Shown: positions 1-9,339 of the stretch, piece after piece
Numbering within the stretch: position 1 is the first letter of the stretch
Layout: every line of letters begins with the position of its first letter
Assembly: GCA_963792585.1 (NCBI GenBank)
Contig: CAWBWI010000003.1
Coordinates: 448,001-512,000 of the forward strand
DNA from: Candidatus Eiseniibacteriota bacterium
GTDB lineage: Bacteria; Eisenbacteria; RBG-16-71-46; CAIMUX01; VGJL01
Direction of reading: 5' to 3'
DNA length: 64,000 nucleotides
Translations under genes and position numbers: made by a program
Notes under the pieces: model-generated
Databases searched by the model: none
The model's input: the letters and a program-made list of their open reading frames with translations, nothing else
What the model was told of the DNA's origin: nothing

Positions 1-443
1 TCGGGCAGATAGCTGTAGATCCGCCCGCCGAGTGACTCGAGAAATGCGCGATCCGCCTGCCCGATCGGTCCGTCGAACTGGACGATGAACGTCCCGCGAT
101 CGCCTCCGGCCGGCGGCGTCATCCGCAGCCCGCTCGGGATCGGTTGATCCGAATCCGGAACCGACGGATCGAGCTCGTAGCCCGCCCCCAGGCGGATCCG
201 CGTCGGCTGGCTCGGCGGCTCGAGGCCGATCGTCCCCCGCTGGGTCGACAGAATCAGAGGGCTCGAAGGAAGGGATCCCTCTCTTCCGGGCGGGACCGCG
301 GAAAGACCCGCAGGCTCCCCGGGGGTCGCCGGACGGGACGCCATCGCGGGCGCGATGGCAAGGAGGGCGACGAGCATGCTCGCCGCCGTGATGGTCCAGA
401 GACCCCTGAATGTCGCGCGGAACCCCGCGCCCTTCCTGGGCAT
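1..443 (-). CDS. Secreted protein, N-terminal part (runs off the window edge); possibly an S8 subtilase propeptide region
   Basis: Read manually; not in the ORF track. ATG at 443 is open to position 1. It has a hydrophobic signal (ASMLVALLAIAPAMA), then IRLGAGYELDP...TFIVQFDGPIGQADRAFLESLGGRIYSYLP, which resembles the propeptide of large S8 proteases. The catalytic domain is not visible. Confidence 0.55.
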   Translation of the reverse strand, partial: MPRKGAGFRATFRGLWTITAASMLVALLAIAPAMASRPATPGEPAGLSAVPPGREGSLPSSPLILSTQRGTIGLEPPSQPTRIRLGAGYELDPSVPDSDQPIPSGLRMTPPAGGDRGTFIVQFDGPIGQADRAFLESLGGRIYSYLP

Positions 444-730
444 TCCTCGATCTAACCTACCCGGCATGTTTCCTCCCACTCGGTCGAAACGAAGGCGTTG
501 GTGGACACGACGTTGCTTGATCAGAGGCGTGCCCGGCACGGCTTCCCGCTGCAACGCGGGCCCGCTGGAGTCCAGGGCACGTATCGGTAACCTAGAATTA
601 TAACGGAAATTGAGGGCAGCGGCAAGGCGACCGGAACGGCAATCGGGCATCGAGGACCCCCTGGGATCCCCCTCTGTGGTCATGGTATCATCGTGTCGGC
701 GCATCTTTGACTCGCGAGAGGAGTTATGCC

Positions 731-2890
731 ATGCATCGTGCCCTTCTGACCGCCATCCTGCTGCTGGCCGCCGTCCACATCACCGTTGCCGCGCCGGCGC
801 CCATGCCGCGCGTGAGCTGCCAGGGCCGTTTCGAGGCGACAAGTCCCGGGCCCTACGGTCTCGAGTGCTCATTCTCCGCGAGCGGGTTCGACCTTACAGG
901 GGCCACGCTCCTCGTGACCGATCCGGCGGGGATCGTCCATCGTCTCGAGGAGATCCCGGGGACGGCCTTCTTCGTCGGGGCCAACGGTAGGATCGCGGCC
1001 ATCGAGCGTGCCCCGATCGATGCGATCGCGAGCCGCCTGGTCATCTACGACCTCGCCGGTCGGAGGCTCTACGCGCGAGAAATCGATGCGCCCATCAATC
1101 CCGCCCTCGCCTCCGACGCCGCGGGCCTCGTTCTCCGCGATGCGACCGGCATCGTGCGGATCGATTTGGGCACCTTCGAGGAATCGCGTGTTCCGGCGCT
1201 GGATCTCTTCGCGGCGGGTCCGGCCGGCCGGTTGGCCGGCGTGCCCTTCGGCGAGGGGAATGATCTCCTCGTCTACGGCCCGAACGGACTCGAGTCGCGC
1301 ATCCCGCTCGACGCCAGGCCGCGCGGGATCGCCTTCAGCGCCGATGGGACGACGATCTACGCGATCGACGCCCGCGCGCTGTACCGAGTCGATTCCGCCT
1401 CCGCACGGCCCATCTACACGGCGCCGGAAGGCGCCGAGATCCAGGACATCCTCCTTTCGGGCACGACGATCTACCTCGGCGAGCGACGCATCGAAGCCGA
1501 AGCCTTTGCGGGATCCATGGTGGAACTCGACCCCAACGGCCGGATCGCACGCCGGATCGCGGGCCCCGTCGCGTCCGTCACCCGCGGGGTGAGCGATCCC
1601 GCCGGCAGTCGTGGGATCCCCTGGCCCCTGCTTCCCGACGCCCAGCACTCGGTCGGCAATACCTGGGGCGAGTACCAGAACTACGGCGGTACGCCCTACC
1701 CTCATCCGGGTTTCGACATCTTCGGAAGCGCCGGGCAGGCCGTCTACTCCGTCAGCTCCGGGGTCGTGAAGGCGGTTCTCACAACCGGCGGGGACCTCTA
1801 CTGGCGGGTTGCCATCGGCGACTCGCTCACGGCGGGGACGTGCAAAGGGTACCTCTATGCCCACCTCGTCCAGTCGAGCATCGCCGTCCACGCCGGCGAT
1901 CTGATCGTCCAGGGCCAGTACATCGGCAATCTGGTCCAGTGGCCGATCTACAACTTCACCCACACTCACTTCGCGCGTATCCAGCAGAGCGGCACGCAGT
2001 GGAACGGGAGCTGGCTGGCGGTCGACAATCCGCACACCACCTTCACGCACCAGAACGACACGCGCCCGCCCGTGTTCGAGCCGGCCCGTGGAACCGACCT
2101 TCTCGCATTCTGCAACAACGAGACCTCGACCTACCAGAGCCCGGCGTCTCTCCACGGCGCGGTCGACATCATCTGTCACGTCGGCGACCAGATCGAATCC
2201 ACCTGGGTCTGCTCGGTGCAGGAGTTGCGCTACACGATCTATCCCATCAACCGCCCACAGTACCCTGTCGTGAACAACAAACTCTCCGTGGTCTTCAACA
2301 TGACGATCGACTACTACGCCGGCGGATCGGATTACCTCTGGCTCAACACTCTTTTGTACAAGAAGGACTCGACCTGCAACACCCAAGGCGATTACGACTT
2401 TCGCGAGTTCTACCACATCTTGAGCAACTCCGACGGAGACGGTCTTTGCGAACAGACGGACGCGCTCGAGGCGTGGAACACGGCGGCGCTGCCCGACGGG
2501 CAGTATGTCGTCAAGGTGGTCGCGGTCGATGCCGCAGGGGGCGCGAAGGCCGACTCGATGGTCGTGGCGACGGTGAACGGGAATCCGTCGGATGTTTCCG
2601 ATGCGGCTGCTGCGCTCGGGGTCCGACCGAACGTCTTCCCGAATCCCTCGTCGGGGATCGTCTCGATCGCCTTCACCCTCGCGCAGGGAGGCCCGACCTC
2701 CTTGAGGATCTACGACCCGGCGGGGCGGCGCCTGCGGACCCTGGTCGATGCACGGCTCGATCCAGGCCTCCACACCATCAACTGGGATGGTCGCGACATT
2801 GAGGGGCATCGGGTCGGGTCGGGAAGCTACTCCTTCGTTCTGGACTCGCCTGGGGGCGCCGCGAACGGGAAGATCACCGTCTCGCGATGA
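731..2890 (+). CDS. Secreted protein: beta-propeller-like region + M23 peptidase-like domain + Ig-like domain + FlgD-Ig/T9SS-like CTD
   Basis: Signal peptide MHRALLTAILLLAAVHITVA. M23-type motifs HPGFD (HxxxD), YAHL and HTH. C-terminal FPNP...LRIYDPAGRRLRTL...WDGRD...GSY. Confidence 0.75.
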   Translation: MHRALLTAILLLAAVHITVAAPAPMPRVSCQGRFEATSPGPYGLECSFSASGFDLTGATLLVTDPAGIVHRLEEIPGTAFFVGANGRIAAIERAPIDAIASRLVIYDLAGRRLYAREIDAPINPALASDAAGLVLRDATGIVRIDLGTFEESRVPALDLFAAGPAGRLAGVPFGEGNDLLVYGPNGLESRIPLDARPRGIAFSADGTTIYAIDARALYRVDSASARPIYTAPEGAEIQDILLSGTTIYLGERRIEAEAFAGSMVELDPNGRIARRIAGPVASVTRGVSDPAGSRGIPWPLLPDAQHSVGNTWGEYQNYGGTPYPHPGFDIFGSAGQAVYSVSSGVVKAVLTTGGDLYWRVAIGDSLTAGTCKGYLYAHLVQSSIAVHAGDLIVQGQYIGNLVQWPIYNFTHTHFARIQQSGTQWNGSWLAVDNPHTTFTHQNDTRPPVFEPARGTDLLAFCNNETSTYQSPASLHGAVDIICHVGDQIESTWVCSVQELRYTIYPINRPQYPVVNNKLSVVFNMTIDYYAGGSDYLWLNTLLYKKDSTCNTQGDYDFREFYHILSNSDGDGLCEQTDALEAWNTAALPDGQYVVKVVAVDAAGGAKADSMVVATVNGNPSDVSDAAAALGVRPNVFPNPSSGIVSIAFTLAQGGPTSLRIYDPAGRRLRTLVDARLDPGLHTINWDGRDIEGHRVGSGSYSFVLDSPGGAANGKITVSR

Positions 2891-3552
2891 TCGGACGGCT
2901 GCTCGCCCGTCTGAAGCCCTCTTCGGGCGATCGATATGGGAGTTTCTCCGAGTTGCTGCGCAATGAGCGCGAGGGACGGGATTTCCTCCGCACCGTCATC
3001 GATCGTGACGCCCCCATCGCGATCGTCGCTCCTCACGGAGGCGGGCTCGAGGCGGGGACGTCGGAGATCGCGCGCGCGATCGCCGGCGGAGACCTGTCCC
3101 TCTACTGCTTCGAAGGGATCAAACTGCGGGGCAACGAAGTCCTGCACGTCACCAGCAGACGCTTCGACGACCCCGCATGCCTCGATCTGCTTTCGCGGGC
3201 GAGGACGGCGGTGACGATCCACGGTTGTTCGGGGCAAGACATGGGGATCCGCGTCGGCGGGCTGGACGCCGGTCTGAAGGCGGTGGTGACCCCGGCGTTG
3301 ATCGAGGCGGGGTTCGTTCCGCTCGAGGATGATGCTGTCTACTCCGGTCTCGATCCGGCGAACATATGCAATCGCTCCGCCACCGGCCGGGGACTCCAAC
3401 TCGAGCTGAGCCGGGGCCTGCGGGGCGTGATGTTCAGCGGGCTCGAGCGAACCGAGCGCGCCTACACGACGCCCGTCTTCCGGCGCTTCGTGACGGCGGT
3501 GCGGGGGGCACTCCTCTCGACGATCGACACGCCTGCGGCCCCGCCGGTCTGA
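2887..3552 (+). CDS. Poly-gamma-glutamate hydrolase family protein (PghP/YjqB, DUF867-like)
   Basis: Motifs APHGGGLEAGTSEIA, LHVTSRRFDDP, TIHG, NICN and GLQLELSRGLR. ATGA overlap with the upstream gene. Confidence 0.85.
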   Translation: MIGRLLARLKPSSGDRYGSFSELLRNEREGRDFLRTVIDRDAPIAIVAPHGGGLEAGTSEIARAIAGGDLSLYCFEGIKLRGNEVLHVTSRRFDDPACLDLLSRARTAVTIHGCSGQDMGIRVGGLDAGLKAVVTPALIEAGFVPLEDDAVYSGLDPANICNRSATGRGLQLELSRGLRGVMFSGLERTERAYTTPVFRRFVTAVRGALLSTIDTPAAPPV

Positions 3553-3670
3553 TGGCAAGGCTGCCGGCCGATATCGCGCATGGGGGTGCGAGCCTATTCT
3601 CAGGGTCTGATATAATTGTGACGGCCTCGTTTCAAGGATCCACGACCGCGGTCCAGCAGGAGTTGCCGGG

Positions 3671-5308
3671 ATGAATCGACCAGCATTCCTCGTCTTCGTC
3701 GTTCTCGCCCTTCTCCCGGCCAGCGCGCCGGCGGAGCCGACCCTCGCCTGGAGCGATCTCTTCGATGGGGGAGGACACTACACGGACATCGCCACCGCGG
3801 CGTTCACTGATCCGTCCGGCAACCTCTATGTAGGCGGCGAGAGCGCCGACGGCGTGCTTGGGGCCGATATGTCGATCCGCTGGATCGATCGCGCAACCGG
3901 GATCTCGATCTGGGAGACCCGGTACTCCGCCTTCGACGGGAACGACATGGCCCTCTCCGCACTGGAAGGAGACGGCTTCGGGAACATCATCGTCGCGGGT
4001 TATATCCGGGGCTGCGCGACCTGAGGCCACGGAGACGACATCATCGTCCTGAAGCTGGACGGTGAGACCGGGGAGTTTCTCTGGTCCCAGCACATCGCGA
4101 GCGGCACGGGCACGAACGAATCGGTTTTCGACCTCGCGTGCGACGCGGCCGGCAATGCATTCGTGACCGGGCGTTGGTACGTGGACGGCTCCGACGACAT
4201 TGTCACGATCAAACTCCGCGCATCGGACGGCGAGCCCCAGTGGCAGCGTCTCATCGGCGGCGGGTACGACGATCGTGGGTGGGCGATCGGCATCGGCCCG
4301 GACGAGAACCCGATGGTCACGGGGATTCTGTCCAACGGCGACGGAACGGCTCAGTTCATCACCTTCAAGCTGCGCAGCTCGGACGGATCGACCGTCTGGA
4401 GTCGCCCGATTCCCGGCGCGCTCGACAATGTGACAGAGAAGATCGGCTGGCTCGTCATATGCGACGACGGCGATGCGATCATGGGCAACCGCGTCTGGTC
4501 CTCCACGACGGGATACGACGTGATCCTGCAGCGATACGCCGCGGCCGACGGCGCCACGGTCTGGGAACGGCAGTACGGCTCGGCCGGAACCGTGGGCGAT
4601 GAGCCGCGGTGCATGGTCCGCGACGAGGCGGGGGACCTGCTCGTGGCGGGCGCGCGGCGGAGCGACTTCATGGCATTGAAGTTCAGTCGGGTCGATGGAT
4701 CCCTGCTCTGGTCGACCGACTACAACGGACCGGCGGGAAGCTACGATGCCGCGAACTGCGTGATCGAGGGACCGGGCGGCGCGGTCGTCGTCAGCGGATT
4801 CACATCGAGCCCGATCTACAGCTGGAACGTGAGCACGGTCGGCCTCGATCCGGTCGACGGCGCCCGAATGTGGGCCGCGCACCATGACGGCGGGGGAAAC
4901 GGGCGATCGGGCGAGGGGAAGGTCCTGGCCGCGGGGCCACTCGACGACATCTATGTCTGCGGCTACTTCTACGGGTTGAGCACCGACAGCGACATGATGT
5001 CGCTTCGCTATACCCTCGGACCGCCCGCCGGAGTGATCGAAAACGGCGTGGTCGCCCCGGTCTCGATCTACCCGAACCCTTCGGCCTCGGCGACGTGGAT
5101 CTCGCTCGATCTCGATTCCACTGAGTCCGTGCGTGTCGTCCTATACGATCCGGCGGGCCGGCGCGGGGCGATCCTGCACGAAGGAGTGCTCGATGCCGGC
5201 CGCCACCGATTCTCGTGGGATGACGGTGCCGCGGCTCCGGGTGTGTACCTCGTGCGGATCGAGACCTCCCGCGTGTCAGTGGTGAGGAAGTTGATCCGCC
5301 TTCCTTAG
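3671..5308 (+). CDS. Secreted beta-propeller (SBBP-like repeats) with T9SS-like CTD; in-frame TGA at 4022-4024, candidate selenocysteine
   Basis: ORFs 3671-4024 and 4163-5308 are in the same frame with a single TGA between them. The repeat pattern continues across it: GNIIVAGYIRGCAT*GHGDDIIVLKLDGETGEFLW. Signal peptide present; C-terminal YPNP...GVYLVRI...RKLIRLP. Confidence 0.75.
4041..4065 (+). promoter_or_regulatory. Candidate bacterial SECIS hairpin
   Basis: TCATCGTCC-TGAAGCT-GGACGGTGA forms a 9-bp stem with one G-U pair. The 7-nt loop has G at its second position and starts 25 nt after the UGA. Identified by eye. Confidence 0.45.
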
Positions 5309-5315
5309 GCGGCGA

Positions 5316-5663
5316 TCACCGCTGCTTCGCGTGCCACTCCTCGAGCACGGCGACCGCCCTGCGCAGGTGGGGGATCACGATGCTTCCGCCGACCGTGAGC
5401 GACACGCTGAAGACGTCGTACAACTCGGGATCGGTCACACCCAGATCCTTGCACTGGAGCAGGTGGTAGGTGATGCAGTCATCACACCGCAGGACCATCG
5501 ATGCGGCCAGCCCGAGCATCTCCTTGGTCTTGCGGTCGAGGGCGCCGGTCTCGTAGGTCAGAGTGTCGACCCCGAAGAAGCGCTTGATCGCTCTGTGGTC
5601 GGCGGCCATGATCTTCTCGTTCATCTTCGTCCGAAATTCCTCGAAATCCTCGATCCGTCCCAT
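5316..5663 (-). CDS. Carboxymuconolactone decarboxylase / AhpD-like protein
   Basis: GALDRKTKEMLGLAASMVLRCDDCITYH; CMD family with CxxC. Confidence 0.85.
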   Translation of the reverse strand: MGRIEDFEEFRTKMNEKIMAADHRAIKRFFGVDTLTYETGALDRKTKEMLGLAASMVLRCDDCITYHLLQCKDLGVTDPELYDVFSVSLTVGGSIVIPHLRRAVAVLEEWHAKQR

Positions 5664-5767
5664 CGTTCCTCCCGTTGCGGTGAGCCGCCGCCGGTGCCAA
5701 CATCATCCGATGGGGAGAGACTACCCCAATAGGACCGCAAGGCCGCAACCCAAGGAGTGACCAGCCG

Positions 5768-6997
5768 ATGGATACGTTGCTCGAGCGCTTCCTTCGATAC
5801 GTCAAGGTCGACACCACCGCGGTCGAGGAGACGGATGCCTACCCCAGCTCTCCGGGGCAAATCGAACTCGGCAAGATGCTCGCCGAGGAGCTTCGCGCCT
5901 TGAAGCTCGATAGCGTCTCCGCGGACGCGAATGGCATCGTCATGGCGACCCTTCCCGGGAATGTCCCCGGCGCGCCGACGATCGCCTGGATCGCGCACAT
6001 GGACACCTCCCCAGAATCGAGCGGGGCCAATGTCAGACCGGTCATCCATCCCGGCTATGACGGAAAGGACCTGGTTCTCACGGGCGATCCGACGAAGGTC
6101 ATCCGCGTCACGGAGTCGGAGGGACTCGCCGACCTCGCGGGAAAGACATTGATCACGACCGACGGAACCACGCTCCTGGGCGCGGACGACAAGGCGGGGA
6201 TCGCCGTCATCATGACCGCGATGGCACAACTCGTTGCCGATCCGAAAGTCCCGCACGGGCCGATCCGAGTCGTCTTCACCTGTGACGAGGAAGTCGGTCG
6301 GGGCGTCGACAAGGTAACTCCTGCAATGATCGGCGCAGTGGTCGGTTACACATTCGACGGAGAGGTCGCCGGCGAGATCGAGAATGAAACATTCTCTGCG
6401 GACCTCGCGATCGTGACGGTCACAGGGCGCAATATCCATCCGGGCCTGGCCACAGGGAAGATGGTCAACGCGGTGAGGATCGCGGGAGAATTCCTGTCCC
6501 GTCTCCCGTGGCATCGTCTCGCCCCGGAGACGACCTCGGGGCGGGACGGCTTCCTTCATCCCTATGTGATCGAGGGCGGCGTCGGCGAGGTCAAGATCCG
6601 CATCCTCCTCCGCAGCTTCGTCACCGACGACTTGGCGATGCAGGCGCAGGTCCTCCGGGATATCGCGGCGACGCTGGCCGTGGAGCACCCGCGCGCCAAG
6701 ATCGACGTGAGCGTGAAGAGGCAGTACAGAAACATGGTCGAGGCGCTCCAGAAGGAACCGCGTGCGGCCGGCCTCGCCGCGGAGGCGGCCAGGAAGGCGG
6801 GGCTCACGCCGCGATTCGAGGCGATCCGCGGCGGGACGGACGGATCCCGCCTGAGCGAGATGGGTCTGCCGACGCCCAATCTCGGGGTCAGCATGCACAA
6901 TTTCCATTCACCCCTCGAGTACGCCTGCCTCGAGGAGATGGAGCAGTCGGTGCGGGTCCTCATCGAGCTGGCGCAGCTCTGGGCGAGGGAAGCGTAG
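5768..6997 (+). CDS. pepT: Peptidase T (M20B tripeptidase)
   Basis: ERFLRYVKVDT, AHMDT, LLGADDKAG, DEEVGRG, IRGGTDG, NFHSPLE. Confidence 0.93.
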   Translation: MDTLLERFLRYVKVDTTAVEETDAYPSSPGQIELGKMLAEELRALKLDSVSADANGIVMATLPGNVPGAPTIAWIAHMDTSPESSGANVRPVIHPGYDGKDLVLTGDPTKVIRVTESEGLADLAGKTLITTDGTTLLGADDKAGIAVIMTAMAQLVADPKVPHGPIRVVFTCDEEVGRGVDKVTPAMIGAVVGYTFDGEVAGEIENETFSADLAIVTVTGRNIHPGLATGKMVNAVRIAGEFLSRLPWHRLAPETTSGRDGFLHPYVIEGGVGEVKIRILLRSFVTDDLAMQAQVLRDIAATLAVEHPRAKIDVSVKRQYRNMVEALQKEPRAAGLAAEAARKAGLTPRFEAIRGGTDGSRLSEMGLPTPNLGVSMHNFHSPLEYACLEEMEQSVRVLIELAQLWAREA

Positions 6998-7000
6998 ACA

Positions 7001-7345
7001 TTGGACCGTCTCGTCTATTCCACCCGGGAGGGTAAGATCTGTCCCGGATGCGGGAAGCCCGTCGCCGCCTGCATGTGCGCGAAGAAGGGGGGCGCCCCGG
7101 CCGGTGACGGGATCGTTCGTGTGCGGCGCGAGGTCAAAGGCCGTGGAGGGAAGACGGTCACGGCGCTGATGGGGCTTCCCCTCGATGCCGACGCGCTCGC
7201 CGACCTCGCGACGGAGCTGAAGAGACGCTGCGGCACGGGGGGGACGGCCAAGGACGGAGTGATCCTGATCCAGGGTGACCATGTCGGTCTGCTGATCGAC
7301 GAGCTGGAGAAGCGCGGATATCGCGTCAGGCGTGCCGGGGGGTAG
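7001..7345 (+). CDS. yciH: SUI1/YciH translation initiation factor-like protein
   Basis: LVYST...CPGC..C.C, DGIVRVRREVKGRGGKTVT, CGTGGTAKDG..IQGDH. Confidence 0.9.
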   Translation: MDRLVYSTREGKICPGCGKPVAACMCAKKGGAPAGDGIVRVRREVKGRGGKTVTALMGLPLDADALADLATELKRRCGTGGTAKDGVILIQGDHVGLLIDELEKRGYRVRRAGG

Positions 7346-8035
7346 GTGCGGATCCACTATTTCCAGCATGTGCCCTACGAGACCCTCGGTTCCATCGAAG
7401 GATGGGCGGGGACAGGCGGCCACGACCTCACATGTACCCGCTGGTTCGCGGATGAGATTCCACCAGGGCCGGAAGGCGTTGACCTGCTCATAGTCCTGGG
7501 CGGTCCGATGAGCGTCTACGACGAGGCGGAGCACCGATGGCTGGCCGCCGAGAAGCGGTTCATCGACCAGGCGATCGCCGCGCGCGTGAGGATCCTCGGG
7601 ATCTGCCTCGGCGCCCAGTTGCTGGCCGACCGTCTCGGCGCATCCGTCACGCGGATGGCGCACAAGGAGATCGGTTGGTTCCCGATCCGGAGAGCGGCAG
7701 GCGCGAGTCCGTTCGCAGGTCTGATTCCGGATGGCGCGTCTGTATTCCACTGGCATGGCGAGGCATTCGACGTTCCGCACGGGTCATTGCCCATCGCCGC
7801 GAGCGACGCCTGCGCGAACCAGGGTTTCTCCTTTGGCGACCGGATTCTCGCTCTGCAATTCCATCTCGAGATGACGCGTGAAGGCGCCGCCGACATCATC
7901 AATCACTCCGGCGGGGAACTCCGCGCGCGGCCGACGGTCCAGTCGGCCGGGACGATCCTCGCAGAGCCCGGTCGCTTCGAGGCGACCCATCCGATCATGG
8001 CCGCGCTGCTCGATCGCCTCGCGGCGATCGCCTGA
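7346..8035 (+). CDS. Class I glutamine amidotransferase (GMP synthase-like)
   Basis: QHVPYE, LGGPMSV, GICLGAQL, WHGE, QFHLE. Confidence 0.9.
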   Translation: MRIHYFQHVPYETLGSIEGWAGTGGHDLTCTRWFADEIPPGPEGVDLLIVLGGPMSVYDEAEHRWLAAEKRFIDQAIAARVRILGICLGAQLLADRLGASVTRMAHKEIGWFPIRRAAGASPFAGLIPDGASVFHWHGEAFDVPHGSLPIAASDACANQGFSFGDRILALQFHLEMTREGAADIINHSGGELRARPTVQSAGTILAEPGRFEATHPIMAALLDRLAAIA

Positions 8036-8056
8036 AAAGAGCGTACGGAGGCGCAC

Positions 8057-8605
8057 ATGAAAGAAGTTCGGCGCGTGGCGGAATTGATCGCGAGCGTGGA
8101 CCATGGCGATCCCTGGCATGGATCTTCGACGCGCGGCGTCCTCGAAGGAGTCACGGCGAGGGATGCCGCGGAGCGGCCGATCCCGAACGCCCACACGATC
8201 TGGGAGATCGTCCTTCACATGACGGCGTGGACCCGGGAAGTCCGCAGGCGCGCCATCGGCGGCGCGCCCGGGATGCCGGAGGAGGGGGACTGGCCCGAGG
8301 CGCCCGGATCGTCGGGTCCCGCAGGATCGGACGGCGCGACCCCGAGGCAGGGTCCAACCCCAGCCCCAAACGAGGGAGCCTGGGCGAGCTGTATCGCCGA
8401 CCTCGCCGCCGCCCACGCCGCCCTCGTTGCCGCCCTCGAGGGCTTCCCGGGAACCAAGCTGGACGAGATTGTCGGGCTCAGGCGGGATCTAGCCACCGGC
8501 ACCGGAACGAGTTACGGGGCGATGTTGTACGGGGTCGTGCTCCATGACGCCTATCACAGCGGCCAGATCGCCTTGCTCAAGAAGGCGATCGCGCAGCGCG
8601 CATGA
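8057..8605 (+). CDS. DinB family protein
   Basis: PWHG, HTIWEIVLHM..W, HDAYHSGQI. Confidence 0.85.
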   Translation: MKEVRRVAELIASVDHGDPWHGSSTRGVLEGVTARDAAERPIPNAHTIWEIVLHMTAWTREVRRRAIGGAPGMPEEGDWPEAPGSSGPAGSDGATPRQGPTPAPNEGAWASCIADLAAAHAALVAALEGFPGTKLDEIVGLRRDLATGTGTSYGAMLYGVVLHDAYHSGQIALLKKAIAQRA

Positions 8606-9339
8606 CCTCGTCCGACTGGAGCTCCTTCCCGACGGGCGGATCCCACCCCGATCCCTTTGAACGGGGAGAGGCGGATCCGCGTCCTACTCCCCGAACGGAC
8701 ACGCCAAGTTCGGGAGGAGGGTGGTTGAAGTCGCTCACGGACGCACAACTGGTTGCCATGACGCAAGAAGGCAACATGGGTGCGTTCAACAGCCTCGCGG
8801 CCCGCTGGGAAACGAGCCTCTACCGCTTCGTCCACCGCTTGATGGGCGACCAGGAAGAGGCGCGGGATGTTTGCCAGGAGGCGCTCCTCAAGTCGTACCT
8901 GAACATCGCCAAGTTGCGCGAAGGTGAGAAGTTCAAGGCTTGGGTCCACCACATCGCCCTGAATCTCTGCAGGGATCGGTTCCGTTCTTCGCGTTCCCGC
9001 GCCGAGGTTCGCTCCTATGAGGAGGAGGGCCTGGACGAACGGCGCCTGGCCCTGGAGACGGCGGCGGGCACCTCGCCCCGTCGTCATGCCGAACGCGCCG
9101 GCCTGATGGCCGTCCTCGAGCAAGTCTTCGCCTGCATCCCGGTCGAGCAACGCTCGGCCATCCTGCTTCGCGAGTACCACGGATTCACGACGGAGGAGAT
9201 CGGCGAGATCACCGGAGTGCCCGCCGCAACGGTTCGGACCCGGATCTTCTACGGACTTCGCGCCGTGAGAAAACTGCTCCGAGAGCGGGGGATCGAGACT
9301 CCGCAGTCTGCCTCGATGGAAGGAGGCGCATCCCGATGA
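8602..9339 (+). CDS. ECF sigma-70 factor
   Basis: Region 2: AFNSL...ARDVCQEAL...FKAWVHHIALNLCRD. Region 4: ILLREYHGFTTEEIGEITGVPAATVRTRI. Start codon uncertain. Confidence 0.9.
   Translation: MTSSDWSSFPTGGSHPDPFERGEADPRPTPRTDTPSSGGGWLKSLTDAQLVAMTQEGNMGAFNSLAARWETSLYRFVHRLMGDQEEARDVCQEALLKSYLNIAKLREGEKFKAWVHHIALNLCRDRFRSSRSRAEVRSYEEEGLDERRLALETAAGTSPRRHAERAGLMAVLEQVFACIPVEQRSAILLREYHGFTTEEIGEITGVPAATVRTRIFYGLRAVRKLLRERGIETPQSASMEGGASR

Noticed and set aside
869..2809. Long antisense or alternate-frame ORFs (e.g. 869-2809 -, 14009-15421 -, 29562-31385 +, 51088-53265 +)
   Set aside because: They are shadows of real genes in high-GC DNA: Arg/Pro-rich, with no motifs.
2887..3552. Prophage suggested by the phage-type PGA hydrolase
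   Set aside because: There are no integrase, structural or lysis genes, no att repeats and no obvious composition shift.
4022..4024. Genome-wide TGA reassignment (code 4 or 25)
   Set aside because: Many genes end properly at TGA, often in ATGA overlaps, and Trp is encoded by TGG. This is the only in-frame TGA I found.
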